The notes under the pieces: generated by a model | Told to the model about the DNA's origin: nothing | Seen by the model: only the letters and a program-made list of their open reading frames with translations | Database searches by the model: none | Assembly (NCBI GenBank): GCA_007134525.1 | Contig: SLKR01000034.1 | Coordinates: forward strand, 204-64,203 | Length of the DNA stretch: 64,000 nt | Source of the DNA: Bacteroidales bacterium | GTDB lineage: Bacteria; Bacteroidota; Bacteroidia; Bacteroidales; UBA7960 | Reading direction: 5' to 3' | Part shown: positions 29,770-39,986 of the stretch, piece after piece | How positions within the stretch are numbered: the first letter of the stretch is position 1 | Layout: the number at the start of each line of letters is the position of its first letter | Translations under genes and position numbers: made by a program

Positions 29770-31035
29770 TCAGCGACTCAGCTCTGTTTTAAGCGGTTCC
29801 TGACGGGCAGCCGGAAACAACACATTATTGAGTATCAGCCTGTAGCCCGGAGAATTGGGGTAAAGGTCCAGATCAGTCGGCGGATCGCCCACAAGGTGGC
29901 GGTAATCTTCGGGGTCATGCCCGCCAAGGAATGTGAAAGTACCCTGACCACGGCTTCCATGGATATAGCGGGCCTCATCCTTTGAACGGTTCTCCCCCAG
30001 TATGGTGACCGTTGGCTTTATAACCTCCTTGTGAAATGCTGTGGTCTGCCCCATAAAGCCCTTTACTACAGTTTCGTGGCTTTGTGTCAGCATCGTGGGT
30101 ATGGGATCCCACTTTGCACTGAACTCAAAAAGTGTAAAGAAATCGGTATTCTCATTACGCCCTGTCTTGGGTACATCAATGTTGGATTTCTCATAGATTG
30201 TAGGGTCAGGCACAATGGTGAAGTTCTCAAATGCAAAACCCCTTGAATAGTCAAGCCTCTCCTGTGCGTCAGGGTCGGGCGGGGTACCGTTGTAAACCTC
30301 GTGCAGTATATCGACACCTTCAGCGGCAAGTGCTATATCAATACTTTCGGGAGCCGAGCACATTGCGAACATATAGCCTCCTCCCTCAACAAAACCTCTC
30401 ACCTCCTTTGCAACGGCAAGCTTGAGATCAGATACCTGCGAATAACCCAGACGCCTTGCAGTTTCCTCGGCCAGGCGGACATCCTCCCGGTACCAGTCGG
30501 TGTTTCTGAAAGCGAACCAGAACTTCCCGAACTGGCCGGTAAAGTCCTCATGGTGAAGGTGCAGCCAGTCGTAGAGCGGAAGTACACCCGAAAGGACTTC
30601 TTCGTCATAGACCTCGTCATATGGTATCTCGGCATAGGTGAGCGCCAGGGTAACTGCATCGTCCCAGGGGAGGCTGTTCGGCGGAGTATAAACCGCAATG
30701 CTTGGTACCTTGTGAAGGAGTATCTCCTCCATATTAACCTCCGGGTCGGCAATCTCCCTGAGTATTCCTGCAGCCTGCACATCAGCAATTATTTCATAGC
30801 TGACGCCCCGGATTACCAGTTCCTCCTCAAACTCCACATGGTGTTCAAACATAAAGCTGCCACCCCTGTAATTCAGCAGCCAGCTTACCTCAATGTCGTA
30901 GGTCAGCACATGATATGCTATCCCGTAAGCTTTAAGGTGGTTGCTCTGTGAACCGTCCATAGGCACCAGGATCTGTGCACCAAATGTGTGAAGCGGCATT
31001 AATGCCAGTATAATCAGATATAAAAACTTCTTCAT
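29770..31035 (-). CDS. Secreted conserved protein of unknown function
   Basis: 421-aa ORF with the signal peptide MKKFLYLIILALMPLHTFGAQ. The motif SNHLKAYGIAYHVL recalls a Bacteroidota family that I remember being auto-annotated as asparagine synthetase B without evidence. I can support no functional motif. Confidence 0.55.
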   Translation of the reverse strand: MKKFLYLIILALMPLHTFGAQILVPMDGSQSNHLKAYGIAYHVLTYDIEVSWLLNYRGGSFMFEHHVEFEEELVIRGVSYEIIADVQAAGILREIADPEVNMEEILLHKVPSIAVYTPPNSLPWDDAVTLALTYAEIPYDEVYDEEVLSGVLPLYDWLHLHHEDFTGQFGKFWFAFRNTDWYREDVRLAEETARRLGYSQVSDLKLAVAKEVRGFVEGGGYMFAMCSAPESIDIALAAEGVDILHEVYNGTPPDPDAQERLDYSRGFAFENFTIVPDPTIYEKSNIDVPKTGRNENTDFFTLFEFSAKWDPIPTMLTQSHETVVKGFMGQTTAFHKEVIKPTVTILGENRSKDEARYIHGSRGQGTFTFLGGHDPEDYRHLVGDPPTDLDLYPNSPGYRLILNNVLFPAARQEPLKTELSR

Positions 31036-31058
31036 GATCTGTATCTCTGATTTTGTTA

Positions 31059-32591
31059 TCAGAAAGGAACTTCGTCGTCGTCCATGTCGTTCATCTTCGA
31101 AGGGACAGTAAGTGTATTTGGTTGATCATCAAACCCTTCAGATGGCTTCAAATCACCGGGTGCCATATACTCCGATGAATCATAATCAACAAATTTTGCA
31201 AAGTTCTGTATAAAGCGAAGGTTTATGTCCTTCAGCGCACCGTTACGGTGTTTTGCAATTATTAGCTGCGCAAGGCCCTCTGTTGACCTGCCCTCCTCAT
31301 CCTCAGTGATCTGGTAATATTCGGGGCGGTAAATAAACAGCACCATATCGGCATCCTGCTCAATTGCTCCCGATTCACGCAAATCGGAGAGGATGGGGCG
31401 CTTGGAGCCTCCCCTGGTCTCAACTGCACGGCTGAGCTGAGAAATGGCTAACACAGGAATATTCAGCTCCTTCGCAAGGCTCTTCATCGACCTTGATATA
31501 TTACTTATCTCCTGCTCCCTGTTGCCTCTGTGGTTGTCGCTGCCAGACGACATCAGCTGCAGGTAATCAACAATTACAAGTTGTACGTCGTGCTGCGCCT
31601 TCAGCCTCCTGCACTTTGCCCGCAGCTCAAATATGGAGAGGGCCGGGGTATCGTCAATAAACAGAGGTGCATCTGTAAGCGTACCGAGTCGGGCATTCAG
31701 CTGCTCCCACTCATACTGCTCAAGCTGCCCCCGTCTCAGCTTGTCGGCTGCGAGCTCGGTTTCACTCGATATAAGCCTGGTAACAAGCTGGACTCCTGAC
31801 ATCTCAAGCGAGAATATAGCTATCGGTTTCTTGAAATCCACGGCCATATTCCTTGCCATCGACAGCATGAATGCCGTTTTACCCATACCAGGCCTTGCTG
31901 CAAGTATTACCAAATCAGACCTCTGCCACCCGGCCGTAACCCTGTCAAGCTCCGGGAACCCGCTTGGGATACCACTTATATGGCCATCCTGGTTTTTTGC
32001 ACTTTCGATCTGCACAACAGCATCCTTTATAAGGGAATGCATGTCGTTATACTCCCTCCGCAGGTTGGTCTCGCTCACTGCAAACAACTCCTTTTCTGCC
32101 TTGTCAAGTATATCAAACACATCGGTGGAGTCCTCATAAGAGTCTCTGATTATCTCAGAGCTTATGCGTATTAGTTCCCTCTGCAGGAACTTCTGCAGTA
32201 TAATGCGTGCATGATATTCAACGTTAGCCGAACTGGCCACCCTGTTGGTAAGCATGGTAATGGTATATGCACCACCTACCATGTCTAATTCTCCCTTTTT
32301 TTTCAGGACTTCTGTAACAGTCAGGATATCCACAGGCTGCCCGGCTGAAAAGAGTTCAAAAATGGCGGCAAATACCCTCCTGTGAGATTCCTTGTAGAAA
32401 ACCTCGGGCTTCAAAATGTCAATAACATTTGTTAGGGCATTCTGCTCCAGAAGCATTGCGCCCAGAACTGCTTCCTCCAGGTCTGTTGCCTGGGGGGGAA
32501 CCCTCCCGTGATCAGAGTAATCAAGTGGCGTAATGGCCTTTCTTTCCCTCTTTGCACTGGTTCCCCACAATTTTTGCTCCCGGTTTTCCAT
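31059..32591 (-). CDS. dnaB: Replicative DNA helicase
   Basis: 510 aa. The N-terminal domain has PPQATDLEEAVLGAMLLE. Walker A is ARPGMGKTAF, and SLEMS, VIVDYLQLM, ISQLSRAVE and SDLRESGAIEQDADMV are also present. Confidence 0.95.
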   Translation of the reverse strand: MENREQKLWGTSAKRERKAITPLDYSDHGRVPPQATDLEEAVLGAMLLEQNALTNVIDILKPEVFYKESHRRVFAAIFELFSAGQPVDILTVTEVLKKKGELDMVGGAYTITMLTNRVASSANVEYHARIILQKFLQRELIRISSEIIRDSYEDSTDVFDILDKAEKELFAVSETNLRREYNDMHSLIKDAVVQIESAKNQDGHISGIPSGFPELDRVTAGWQRSDLVILAARPGMGKTAFMLSMARNMAVDFKKPIAIFSLEMSGVQLVTRLISSETELAADKLRRGQLEQYEWEQLNARLGTLTDAPLFIDDTPALSIFELRAKCRRLKAQHDVQLVIVDYLQLMSSGSDNHRGNREQEISNISRSMKSLAKELNIPVLAISQLSRAVETRGGSKRPILSDLRESGAIEQDADMVLFIYRPEYYQITEDEEGRSTEGLAQLIIAKHRNGALKDINLRFIQNFAKFVDYDSSEYMAPGDLKPSEGFDDQPNTLTVPSKMNDMDDDEVPF

Positions 32592-32670
32592 AGCCCAAAA
32601 ATACGTAATACAAGCTGTGCCTACAACATTTTAACTACAAATAATTATCAACAATGACTTAAAGCTCCAC

Positions 32671-34635
32671 CTAGCGGTCATTACCGGAGCCGGTAATACT
32701 GAACTCCGTCCGCCTGTTGTTCGCCCTTCCCTCCTCTGTTTCATTGGTGTCAACCGGTCTGGTGTCGGCGTATCCCCTGTATGATATCCTTTCAGGCGAA
32801 ATACTCTCTCCCGTGAGGTAGTCACGTACGCTCCTGGCACGTTCCCTGGAAAGCTCCAGATTATATTCGTAGCTGCCGGTACTGTCGGTATGCCCGCTTA
32901 TCTCTACAGACAGGGCAGGATTGTCCTTAAGAAAGCCGGCCAGTCTGTTTAGTTCTGCAAAGGAAGACTCCCTCAGTGAGTATGAATCGGTCTCGAAAAA
33001 GACATTCCTGAGCACTACCGGCTGACCTTCGGCTATCGGCTGCAAATCTATATTGCGGATCCAGGGGTCGCCGGGGGTTCTTCCACCGGCATAGCTGAAG
33101 TTCTCTGAAAAGAAGAGATAACCATCCTTTGAAACGTTCAGTGCAAGGTCCTTGTCTGAGGGTATTGCTACCAGGAATGTACCCTCAACCGGATCCGAAG
33201 AAGCCTGGGTAAGCTTAACCCCGCTCTCAAGGTCGATCAGCTCAAAGCTGGCCATTAGGGGTTCACCACTTCCGGCATCAGCAACAACGCCCTTCATGAA
33301 GGTATGGGGCTGAGGCCGGGCTTCCGGATACAGCTCAAAGGTATATAGATCGGAATCACCGTAGCCCCCATCAATGTCGGAGGCGAACCACGCATTCCGG
33401 CCCGAAGCACCCACTATCATGGCAAATTCGTCGCCATGGGTGTTTATGGGATAACCCAGGTTCTCCGGCTCCGACCAGATACCTGCATCATCCATGCGGC
33501 TCAAGAAGATATCCAGGCCACCCATGCCCGGATGGCCGTCGGAGGCAAAGTAAAGTGTTTTATTGTCGTGGTGGATGAAAGGGGAAAGTTCATCCCCTCC
33601 GGTATTTATAACAGGACCGAGGTTTTCGGGGGTGTTCCATGTTCCGTCATCATTTCGTGTCGCCTTCCATATATCAACCTGCCCGTATCCCCCTGCCCGG
33701 CTGCTGGAAAAATATATGGTATTACCATCTGCAGAGATTGATGGCTGGGAGTCCCACGCAGAGGAATTTAACGGACGGCCCGGATTTACCGGGGTGCTCC
33801 AGCGGTCCCCCTCCCTTTTTGAGTAATATATGTCGCATCTGCCAAGGCCATCCGGGCGGTTGCATGCGGCAAAATAGAGGTGGCGGCCATCGGCAGTTAT
33901 TGTCTGCGCCCCTTCGTTGCCGTCAGTATTCAGGGGCGGGCCGAGGTTCTCGGCCCTGGTCCACTCCCCATCCAGGAAGTAACTTATGTAGAAATCCTCA
34001 TAGAATGAGATCTGATGGGTTGCGGGGCCGTCACCGCGGGGTTTCTTGCGGGTAAAAATAAGGGTTTGCTCGTCGGCTGTAAGTGCCGGGCTGTATTCGG
34101 CAAATTCACTGTTTATTGCCGGGCCGGGATTTCGGGGATCAAAAGGCACCGGGTTATTTTTAGCCCCAACTGCAAACAGGGCACGCTCCAGGTATTCTCC
34201 TGCAAGCGACTTTATCCTCTCTCCCGGTCCCTTCATAATGGTGAACCTTTCCAGCACACTCGCTGCCTCTTCGTACCTGCCCGTATTGTAAAGGGCCCTT
34301 CCGAGATAATACTTTGCAGACGGGTAAAATCCGGGGTCAATTGCTATAGCTTCAAAGTAAGGGCCTATACTCCGGTCGTAATCTCCCTGCGAAAAGTGGA
34401 TCTCAGCCATGAGCAGGTGTGCTTCAATGAAGCCCTCATCGCGTCTGAGTGCGGTATTAAGTTGATCCAGGGCCTCACTGTAGTCGTGTACCCGCAATGC
34501 TTCCTCCGCTCTTTCGTAGGCACGCCTGGCCCTGCGGCTTCCGGAGCTAAGCTCCCCGTCGACCTGTGCGTATAGCTCAGGGGCGCAGAAAGCCATGATA
34601 ACTGCAAGCAGAAAAAGTCGGGTTAACCTGTGCAT
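32671..34635 (-). CDS. OmpA-family envelope protein with TPR and PD40/TolB-like repeats and a C-terminal OmpA peptidoglycan-binding domain
   Basis: The signal peptide is MHRLTRLFLLAVIMAFCAPELYAQ, using the internal ATG 34635. PD40-like repeats include EYSPALTADEQTLIF, QPSISADGNTIYFSS and ELSPFIHHDNKTLYFAS. The OmpA_C region reads VEISGHTDSTGSYEYNLELSRERARSV...NRRTEF. Confidence 0.85.
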   Translation of the reverse strand: MHRLTRLFLLAVIMAFCAPELYAQVDGELSSGSRRARRAYERAEEALRVHDYSEALDQLNTALRRDEGFIEAHLLMAEIHFSQGDYDRSIGPYFEAIAIDPGFYPSAKYYLGRALYNTGRYEEAASVLERFTIMKGPGERIKSLAGEYLERALFAVGAKNNPVPFDPRNPGPAINSEFAEYSPALTADEQTLIFTRKKPRGDGPATHQISFYEDFYISYFLDGEWTRAENLGPPLNTDGNEGAQTITADGRHLYFAACNRPDGLGRCDIYYSKREGDRWSTPVNPGRPLNSSAWDSQPSISADGNTIYFSSSRAGGYGQVDIWKATRNDDGTWNTPENLGPVINTGGDELSPFIHHDNKTLYFASDGHPGMGGLDIFLSRMDDAGIWSEPENLGYPINTHGDEFAMIVGASGRNAWFASDIDGGYGDSDLYTFELYPEARPQPHTFMKGVVADAGSGEPLMASFELIDLESGVKLTQASSDPVEGTFLVAIPSDKDLALNVSKDGYLFFSENFSYAGGRTPGDPWIRNIDLQPIAEGQPVVLRNVFFETDSYSLRESSFAELNRLAGFLKDNPALSVEISGHTDSTGSYEYNLELSRERARSVRDYLTGESISPERISYRGYADTRPVDTNETEEGRANNRRTEFSITGSGNDR

Positions 34636-34655
34636 CTCCTGTGTCCTGGTTTTTT

Positions 34656-35312
34656 TCAGGGTATGTTCATGAATTTGTGCGATTGCAGTGATACCATCCA
34701 TTGCGGATGGTTCTTAACATATTCAACGATCACGGGGAGTATTTCATTGTAGCGGCTCCATTCGGGCTGGAGGTAGAGCAGGCATTTCTCCTTTACCTGC
34801 ATTGCATTTTTCTCGGCCCATTCAAGATCGGATGAATCGTAAACGATTACCTTCATCTCATCTGCCATATGAAGCATATCGTGACGCGGATCCAGGCTGC
34901 GCTTGGGCGAGAGGCAAATCCAGTCAAACTGCCCGCTGAGAGGATATGAGCCACATGTTTCAAGGTATATGGTTACTCCTTTTTGTCTCAGCCCTTCGCA
35001 CAGGGGGCCAAGGTTGTACATAAGCGGTTCACCGCCTGTAATTACTGCTGCTCCGGCCGGGAAGGCATGCACATAGTCTATGATGTCCCTTTTCTCTGTA
35101 AGGGGATGCACTGAGGCATCCCATGCCTCCTTCACATCGCACCAGTGGCAGCCTACATCGCAACCGCCAATGCGCACAAATGCGGCAGGCCTGCCGGTAT
35201 TGTAGCCCTCCCCCTGAATGGAGTAGAACATTTCCATAACCGGAAGCAGATCACCCCGGTCAAGCAGTTCCCTGCTTCCGGGGTCTAGATTTATAAGTCT
35301 GCAATCTGTCAA
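34656..35312 (-). CDS. queE: 7-carboxy-7-deazaguanine synthase (radical SAM)
   Basis: FYSIQGEGYNTGRPAAFVRIGGCDVGCHWCDVKEAW is a QueE-type modified CxxxCxxC radical SAM motif. Confidence 0.9.
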   Translation of the reverse strand: MTDCRLINLDPGSRELLDRGDLLPVMEMFYSIQGEGYNTGRPAAFVRIGGCDVGCHWCDVKEAWDASVHPLTEKRDIIDYVHAFPAGAAVITGGEPLMYNLGPLCEGLRQKGVTIYLETCGSYPLSGQFDWICLSPKRSLDPRHDMLHMADEMKVIVYDSSDLEWAEKNAMQVKEKCLLYLQPEWSRYNEILPVIVEYVKNHPQWMVSLQSHKFMNIP

Positions 35313-35316
35313 TTTA

Positions 35317-36198
35317 CTATCCGTAGATCTCCTTTTTAGAAGCCTTTAGGGTATTTATAAGCAGTGAGACGATAGTCATCGGGCCAACACCTCCCGGAAC
35401 AGGAGTGATGAAGGATGCCTTTTTTGATACCTCATCAAATTTAACATCCCCGATAAGACGGAAACCTGACTTTGTCCTGTCTGACTCAACCCTGTGGATA
35501 CCCACATCTATTACAACGGCACCCTCCCTGACCATATCAGATGTTACAAATTCAGGCTTCCCCATGGCCACTATCAGTATATCGGCCCTGGATGTGATCT
35601 CTGCCAGGTTTTGAGTCTTGCTGTGGCATACGGTAACAGTGGCATTTCCGGGTTCTTCATTCCTTGCCATAAGAAGACTTACCGGTTTGCCTACAATGTT
35701 TGAGCGCCCAAGCACGACACAGTTTTTGCCCCTGGTTTCAATTTTGCTTCTCCTGAGAAGCTCCATAATACCGAAAGGGGTTGCAGATACATATGCCGGC
35801 AATCCGATTGTCATCCTGCCGACATTAACCGGATGGAAGCCATCAACATCCTTTTCCGGCCTGATGCGTTGTATTACTTTTTGGTTGTCAATATGGCCGG
35901 GCAAAGGCAGCTGCACAATAAGGCCGTGAATCTCATCATCTCTATTGATGAAATCAACGGTTTCAAGCAGTTCTTCCTCGCTTACATCGGCAGGGAACCT
36001 GTATGTCGACGACACAAAACCCACCTGCCTGCACGCCATTTCCTTGTTGCGGACATAGGTTTCGCTGGCAGGGTCCTCCCCTACCAGTATCGCTGCCAGA
36101 TGCGGTGCCTTGCCACCTCCGACTATAACCTTTCTTACCTGGTTTGCAATTTCGTCCTTGATATCCGCAGCTATCTGTTTTCCGTCAATAAGTATCAT
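35317..36198 (-). CDS. folD: Bifunctional methylenetetrahydrofolate dehydrogenase/methenyltetrahydrofolate cyclohydrolase
   Basis: [17 protein letters not shown]...[19 protein letters not shown]...[13 protein letters not shown]...[11 protein letters not shown]. Confidence 0.95.
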   Translation of the reverse strand: MILIDGKQIAADIKDEIANQVRKVIVGGGKAPHLAAILVGEDPASETYVRNKEMACRQVGFVSSTYRFPADVSEEELLETVDFINRDDEIHGLIVQLPLPGHIDNQKVIQRIRPEKDVDGFHPVNVGRMTIGLPAYVSATPFGIMELLRRSKIETRGKNCVVLGRSNIVGKPVSLLMARNEEPGNATVTVCHSKTQNLAEITSRADILIVAMGKPEFVTSDMVREGAVVIDVGIHRVESDRTKSGFRLIGDVKFDEVSKKASFITPVPGGVGPMTIVSLLINTLKASKKEIYG

Positions 36199-36231
36199 AA
36201 ATATCCAGTTTATTAATTTTTCCGGTATCTG

Positions 36232-37572
36232 TTATCTTTTCATACCCTGGAGGCTGCGCATCATGTTCGCCATCTTGCCCTTGCCACCCGAGGACACTGC
36301 GCGCATCATCTTCCTGGTATCCTCAAACTGCTTTATAAGCTTGTTTACATCGCTTATATCGGCTCCGGAGCCCCTGGCAATTCGCTTGCGGCGGCTTCCG
36401 TTCAGTATTGCAGGGTTCTCCCGCTCATCGGGAGTCATTGAATGGATAATTGCCTCTATGCCCTTAAAGGCGTCGTCATCAAGGTCTACATCCTTTATAG
36501 CCTTTCCCATGCCCGGTATCATACCCATAAGGTCCTTTACGTTCCCCATCTTCTTTATCTGCTGCAGCTGTGATAGAAAGTCGTTGAAATTGAACTGGTT
36601 CTTTGCCAGTTTCCGGTGCAGCTTCCTGGCTTCCTCCTCATCGTATTGTTCCTGGGCCTTCTCCACCAGAGATACGATGTCGCCCATACCTAGTATTCTG
36701 TCAGCCATCCGGCGCGGATAAAATACATCTATGGCATCAAGTTTTTCCCCAATACCAACGAACTTGATAGGCTTTTCAACAACCGAGCGTATTGTCAGCG
36801 CGGCACCACCCCTTGTATCACCGTCCAGCTTTGTAAGCACCACTCCTTCGTAATCCAGTCGTTCATTGAATGCCTTCGCGGTATTGACCGCGTCCTGTCC
36901 TGTCATGGCATCAACCACGAAAAGCGTTTCCTGCGGGTTGAGAGCCTTCTTCAGGGATGATATCTCATCCATCATCTCCTGGTCTATGGCCAGGCGTCCG
37001 GCCGTATCCACTATAACTACCTGGTGCCCCATGGTTTTTGCATGCCGGAGTGCATTTTTGCCTATCCCAACAGGGTCCTTCACACCCTCTTCTGTAAATA
37101 CCTCCACATCGGCCTGGCCACCGAGTACCTTCAGCTGGTCTATCGCGGCCGGACGGTAAACGTCGCCGGCTACCAGCAACACCTTCCTGCTTTTCTTTTC
37201 CTTGAGATATTTTGCCAGCTTTGCAGAAAAAGTGGTCTTACCGCTACCCTGAAGGCCGGCTATCAGGATAACCGCAGGGCTGCCCTTAAGGTTGAGCTCT
37301 TCATGGGTTTCCCCCATAAGCTCCGTAAGTTCCTCATGAACAACCTTTACCATCAGCTGCCCGGGCGATACGGCATTCATAACATCCCGCCCCAGGGCCT
37401 TCTCCTTTACTCTCTCGGTAAATGACTTGGCGATCTTGAAATTTACGTCTGCATCAACCAGCGCCCGTCTGACATCCTTTAGTGAATCAGCTATGTTAAC
37501 TTCGGTAATGTGCCCCTGTCCTTTTATGACCTTAAAGGCCTTATCCAGTTTATCGTTCAGATTGTCAAACAT
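36232..37572 (-). CDS. ffh: Signal recognition particle protein
   Basis: [18 protein letters not shown]..., [18 protein letters not shown] and a Met-rich M domain. Confidence 0.97.
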   Translation of the reverse strand: MFDNLNDKLDKAFKVIKGQGHITEVNIADSLKDVRRALVDADVNFKIAKSFTERVKEKALGRDVMNAVSPGQLMVKVVHEELTELMGETHEELNLKGSPAVILIAGLQGSGKTTFSAKLAKYLKEKKSRKVLLVAGDVYRPAAIDQLKVLGGQADVEVFTEEGVKDPVGIGKNALRHAKTMGHQVVIVDTAGRLAIDQEMMDEISSLKKALNPQETLFVVDAMTGQDAVNTAKAFNERLDYEGVVLTKLDGDTRGGAALTIRSVVEKPIKFVGIGEKLDAIDVFYPRRMADRILGMGDIVSLVEKAQEQYDEEEARKLHRKLAKNQFNFNDFLSQLQQIKKMGNVKDLMGMIPGMGKAIKDVDLDDDAFKGIEAIIHSMTPDERENPAILNGSRRKRIARGSGADISDVNKLIKQFEDTRKMMRAVSSGGKGKMANMMRSLQGMKR

Positions 37573-37684
37573 ATCCTTGTCAGTTATTTTTCTGCAAAAT
37601 TACCAATTTATTATTAAAGCCTGCTGCCGGAAGAGGCGAAAATACCTTTGGCCGAATGAATGTTTTGGGTTTTATGTTTTTTCA

Positions 37685-37692
37685 TACCTTTG
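37685..37692 (+). promoter_or_regulatory. Candidate -7 promoter box (TACCTTTG) for the TPR gene
   Basis: It matches TAnnTTTG about 50 nt upstream of ATG 37745. It supports the short start rather than the track start at 37427, which lies inside ffh. Confidence 0.35.
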
Positions 37693-37744
37693 CATATCCT
37701 CCGGCCTGGCTTTTTTTATTGTTGCCGTGGCCCGGGAAGGCACT

Positions 37745-39142
37745 ATGAATACTGAAATGGAAGACAACTTGAAAAGGCCCTGGCAGGTTGACAGGTATGA
37801 AGAACTTGTCAGGCATAACCGGTCTGTATATTTTGATGTGGATGATTTTGAGGAGGTGATAGACCACTATCTGGTTTCAGGATCATACGACAGGTCTATG
37901 GAAGTGGCAAATTGCGCCTGCAGGGTGCATCCCACGTCAATCCCCCTGATGCTTAAGAAGGCCCAGCTGCTTGTTTCGGTCAACCGCGAAGACAATGCCC
38001 TTGAGCTGCTCTCAAGGGTGGAGACTCTCGACCCCTCAAACAATGATGTTTTCCTTACAAAGGGGGCAATATATTCCCAGCTAAGGGATTATGAAAAGGC
38101 AATTGAAGAATACAACAAGGCAGTTTCAGGAGCTGATGACCCAGACTACATTTACTGCAACATAGCGATAGAGTATGAGAACCTGGGCAATTTTGACAAA
38201 ACGCTCGAATATCTTGACAAGGCCCTGAAATACAACCCCGACAACGACCTTGCGATTTACGAGGCAGCCTACTGTTTCGACCTGCTTTCACTTACAGATG
38301 AAGGCATATCTTTTTTCCGCAAGCTGATAGACCGTAACCCATACAGCAGCGAAGCATGGTTTAACCTGGGGGTGTCCTTTATAAATGCAGGACACTATGA
38401 AAAATCTATTGAAGCACTTGAATATGCGCTGGCAATAGACAACGAGCACGAACACTCCTGGTTTCACAAGGGTTATGCCCTCAGCCTGCTCAACCGATAC
38501 GCCGAGGCGATCGGAGCCTACCTGGAATCAATGCAGGAGGATGAAGGCGACCCGATGAAGCACTACTATATCGGCGAATGCCATGAAAAGCTTGAAGACT
38601 ACGAGAGTGCCAGGTCGTACTATTTGCAGAGCATAAGGATAGACCCGGAGATGGCTGATGCGTGGGCTGGCCTGGCGGTATGCAACATTGAGATGTCATT
38701 AACGGAAGAGGCAGTCAGATACCTGGAAAAGGCCATTGCGCTGGACCCGGGAAATGTAAGCTACCTTTCTCTGCTTGCAAATACCTTCTTTACACTGGAA
38801 AAGTTCGAAGAGTCACGTTCAGCATTCGAAAAAGCAATCAAATCCGACCCCGAAGACGAGGAAACATGGCTTGAATACGCTGAGGTGCTATCAAAAATGG
38901 AAGAGCACGACCAGGCACGCAGCCTGCTGCTGCGGGGCATGGAAGCATTGCCCGGCAACAACAATCTGATGTATTTTATGTCAGCAGTGCTGTTCAGGGG
39001 AGGCAGGAAAAATGAAGGCAGGTTCTTTCTTGAGGAGGCCTACAGCCGTGATCCCGAAGGCTTGGATAAGCTGCTTAAACGCTTTCCCCAGGCAGGCGAC
39101 AACTCCTCATTTATGAACGCCCTTGACACAATTGCCGGGTAA
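37745..39142 (+). CDS. Tetratricopeptide-repeat protein
   Basis: It contains repeated 34-aa TPR units, for example AIEEYNKAVSGADDPDYIYCNIAIEYENLGNFDKTLEYLDKALKYNPDN. The start is set at the internal ATG (MNTEMEDN). Confidence 0.8.
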   Translation: MNTEMEDNLKRPWQVDRYEELVRHNRSVYFDVDDFEEVIDHYLVSGSYDRSMEVANCACRVHPTSIPLMLKKAQLLVSVNREDNALELLSRVETLDPSNNDVFLTKGAIYSQLRDYEKAIEEYNKAVSGADDPDYIYCNIAIEYENLGNFDKTLEYLDKALKYNPDNDLAIYEAAYCFDLLSLTDEGISFFRKLIDRNPYSSEAWFNLGVSFINAGHYEKSIEALEYALAIDNEHEHSWFHKGYALSLLNRYAEAIGAYLESMQEDEGDPMKHYYIGECHEKLEDYESARSYYLQSIRIDPEMADAWAGLAVCNIEMSLTEEAVRYLEKAIALDPGNVSYLSLLANTFFTLEKFEESRSAFEKAIKSDPEDEETWLEYAEVLSKMEEHDQARSLLLRGMEALPGNNNLMYFMSAVLFRGGRKNEGRFFLEEAYSRDPEGLDKLLKRFPQAGDNSSFMNALDTIAG

Positions 39143-39178
39143 AACAATATAGTTCAACAATAAAACATCACGCTGATT

Positions 39179-39958
39179 ATGCTTTTTAATCTGCCCGACA
39201 GGGAAATAAAACCGAGAAGGTCAGGTGTTACGATGGTCATGGACAAAGGCACAGGCACACGCCAGGCGCATGATCTTGCAGAAACTGCCGGACACCTTAT
39301 AGATTTCCTTAAACTCGGCTTCGGCACATCTTATGTAGGCAATATAACAACTGTAAAGGAAAAGGTAAGGATATACCAGGAGAATGACATTAAGGTTTAT
39401 GTGGGAGGCACCTTTCTTGAAGCATGCATAGTAAGGGGGCAGCTGGATGAATACCTCAGCTTTATAGATGGCCTGGGGTGTGACTCCGTTGAGGTCTCGG
39501 ACGGATGCATTAAGTTGCCGCACGAAGAGAAGTGCGGTATAATCCAGAGGCTTGCGAAGGAGTTCACAGTTGTTTCTGAGGTAGGCGCCAAAGCCGACAA
39601 TGTTCACCTCGAACCCGTAGAATGGATTACTGCAATGCAGAGTGAACTGGATGCCGGGAGCAGCTTCGTTATCGGAGAGGCTCGCGAAAGCGGCACCGTT
39701 GGCATATATGAAAAGAACGGCTGCGCCGATGATGCACTAATCAGGGAGATAGTAAGTCACATATCCCCGGAAAAGGTTATCTGGGAAGCACCCTTGAAGT
39801 CGCAGCAAGTGTGGTTTATAAAGTTACTCGGCCCCGGAGTCAACCTGGGCAACATAGCCCCGGCTGAAGCAGTTGCCCTGGAAACCCTCCGGCTCGGACT
39901 CAGGGGCGACACCTTCTTCGAATCTCTTCCCGGACATCTCCAAAAATACAAACTGTAG
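39179..39958 (+). CDS. (2R)-phospho-3-sulfolactate synthase (ComA) family protein
   Basis: 259 aa. PRRSGVTMVMDKG...IDFLKLGFGTSYV...VEVSDGCI resembles the ComA/YitD family. Recognised by eye only. Confidence 0.65.
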   Translation: MLFNLPDREIKPRRSGVTMVMDKGTGTRQAHDLAETAGHLIDFLKLGFGTSYVGNITTVKEKVRIYQENDIKVYVGGTFLEACIVRGQLDEYLSFIDGLGCDSVEVSDGCIKLPHEEKCGIIQRLAKEFTVVSEVGAKADNVHLEPVEWITAMQSELDAGSSFVIGEARESGTVGIYEKNGCADDALIREIVSHISPEKVIWEAPLKSQQVWFIKLLGPGVNLGNIAPAEAVALETLRLGLRGDTFFESLPGHLQKYKL

Positions 39959-39986
39959 TCAGGGGCCTGCAAAGCGAAAAAAACTT

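Noticed and set aside
37427-37744. The 5' extension of the TPR ORF (track start 37427), which would overlap ffh by 146 nt
   Set aside because: The extension lies antisense to ffh and runs through the intergenic promoter region, including a TACCTTTG -7 box at 37685. The internal ATG 37745 gives a sensible N-terminus.
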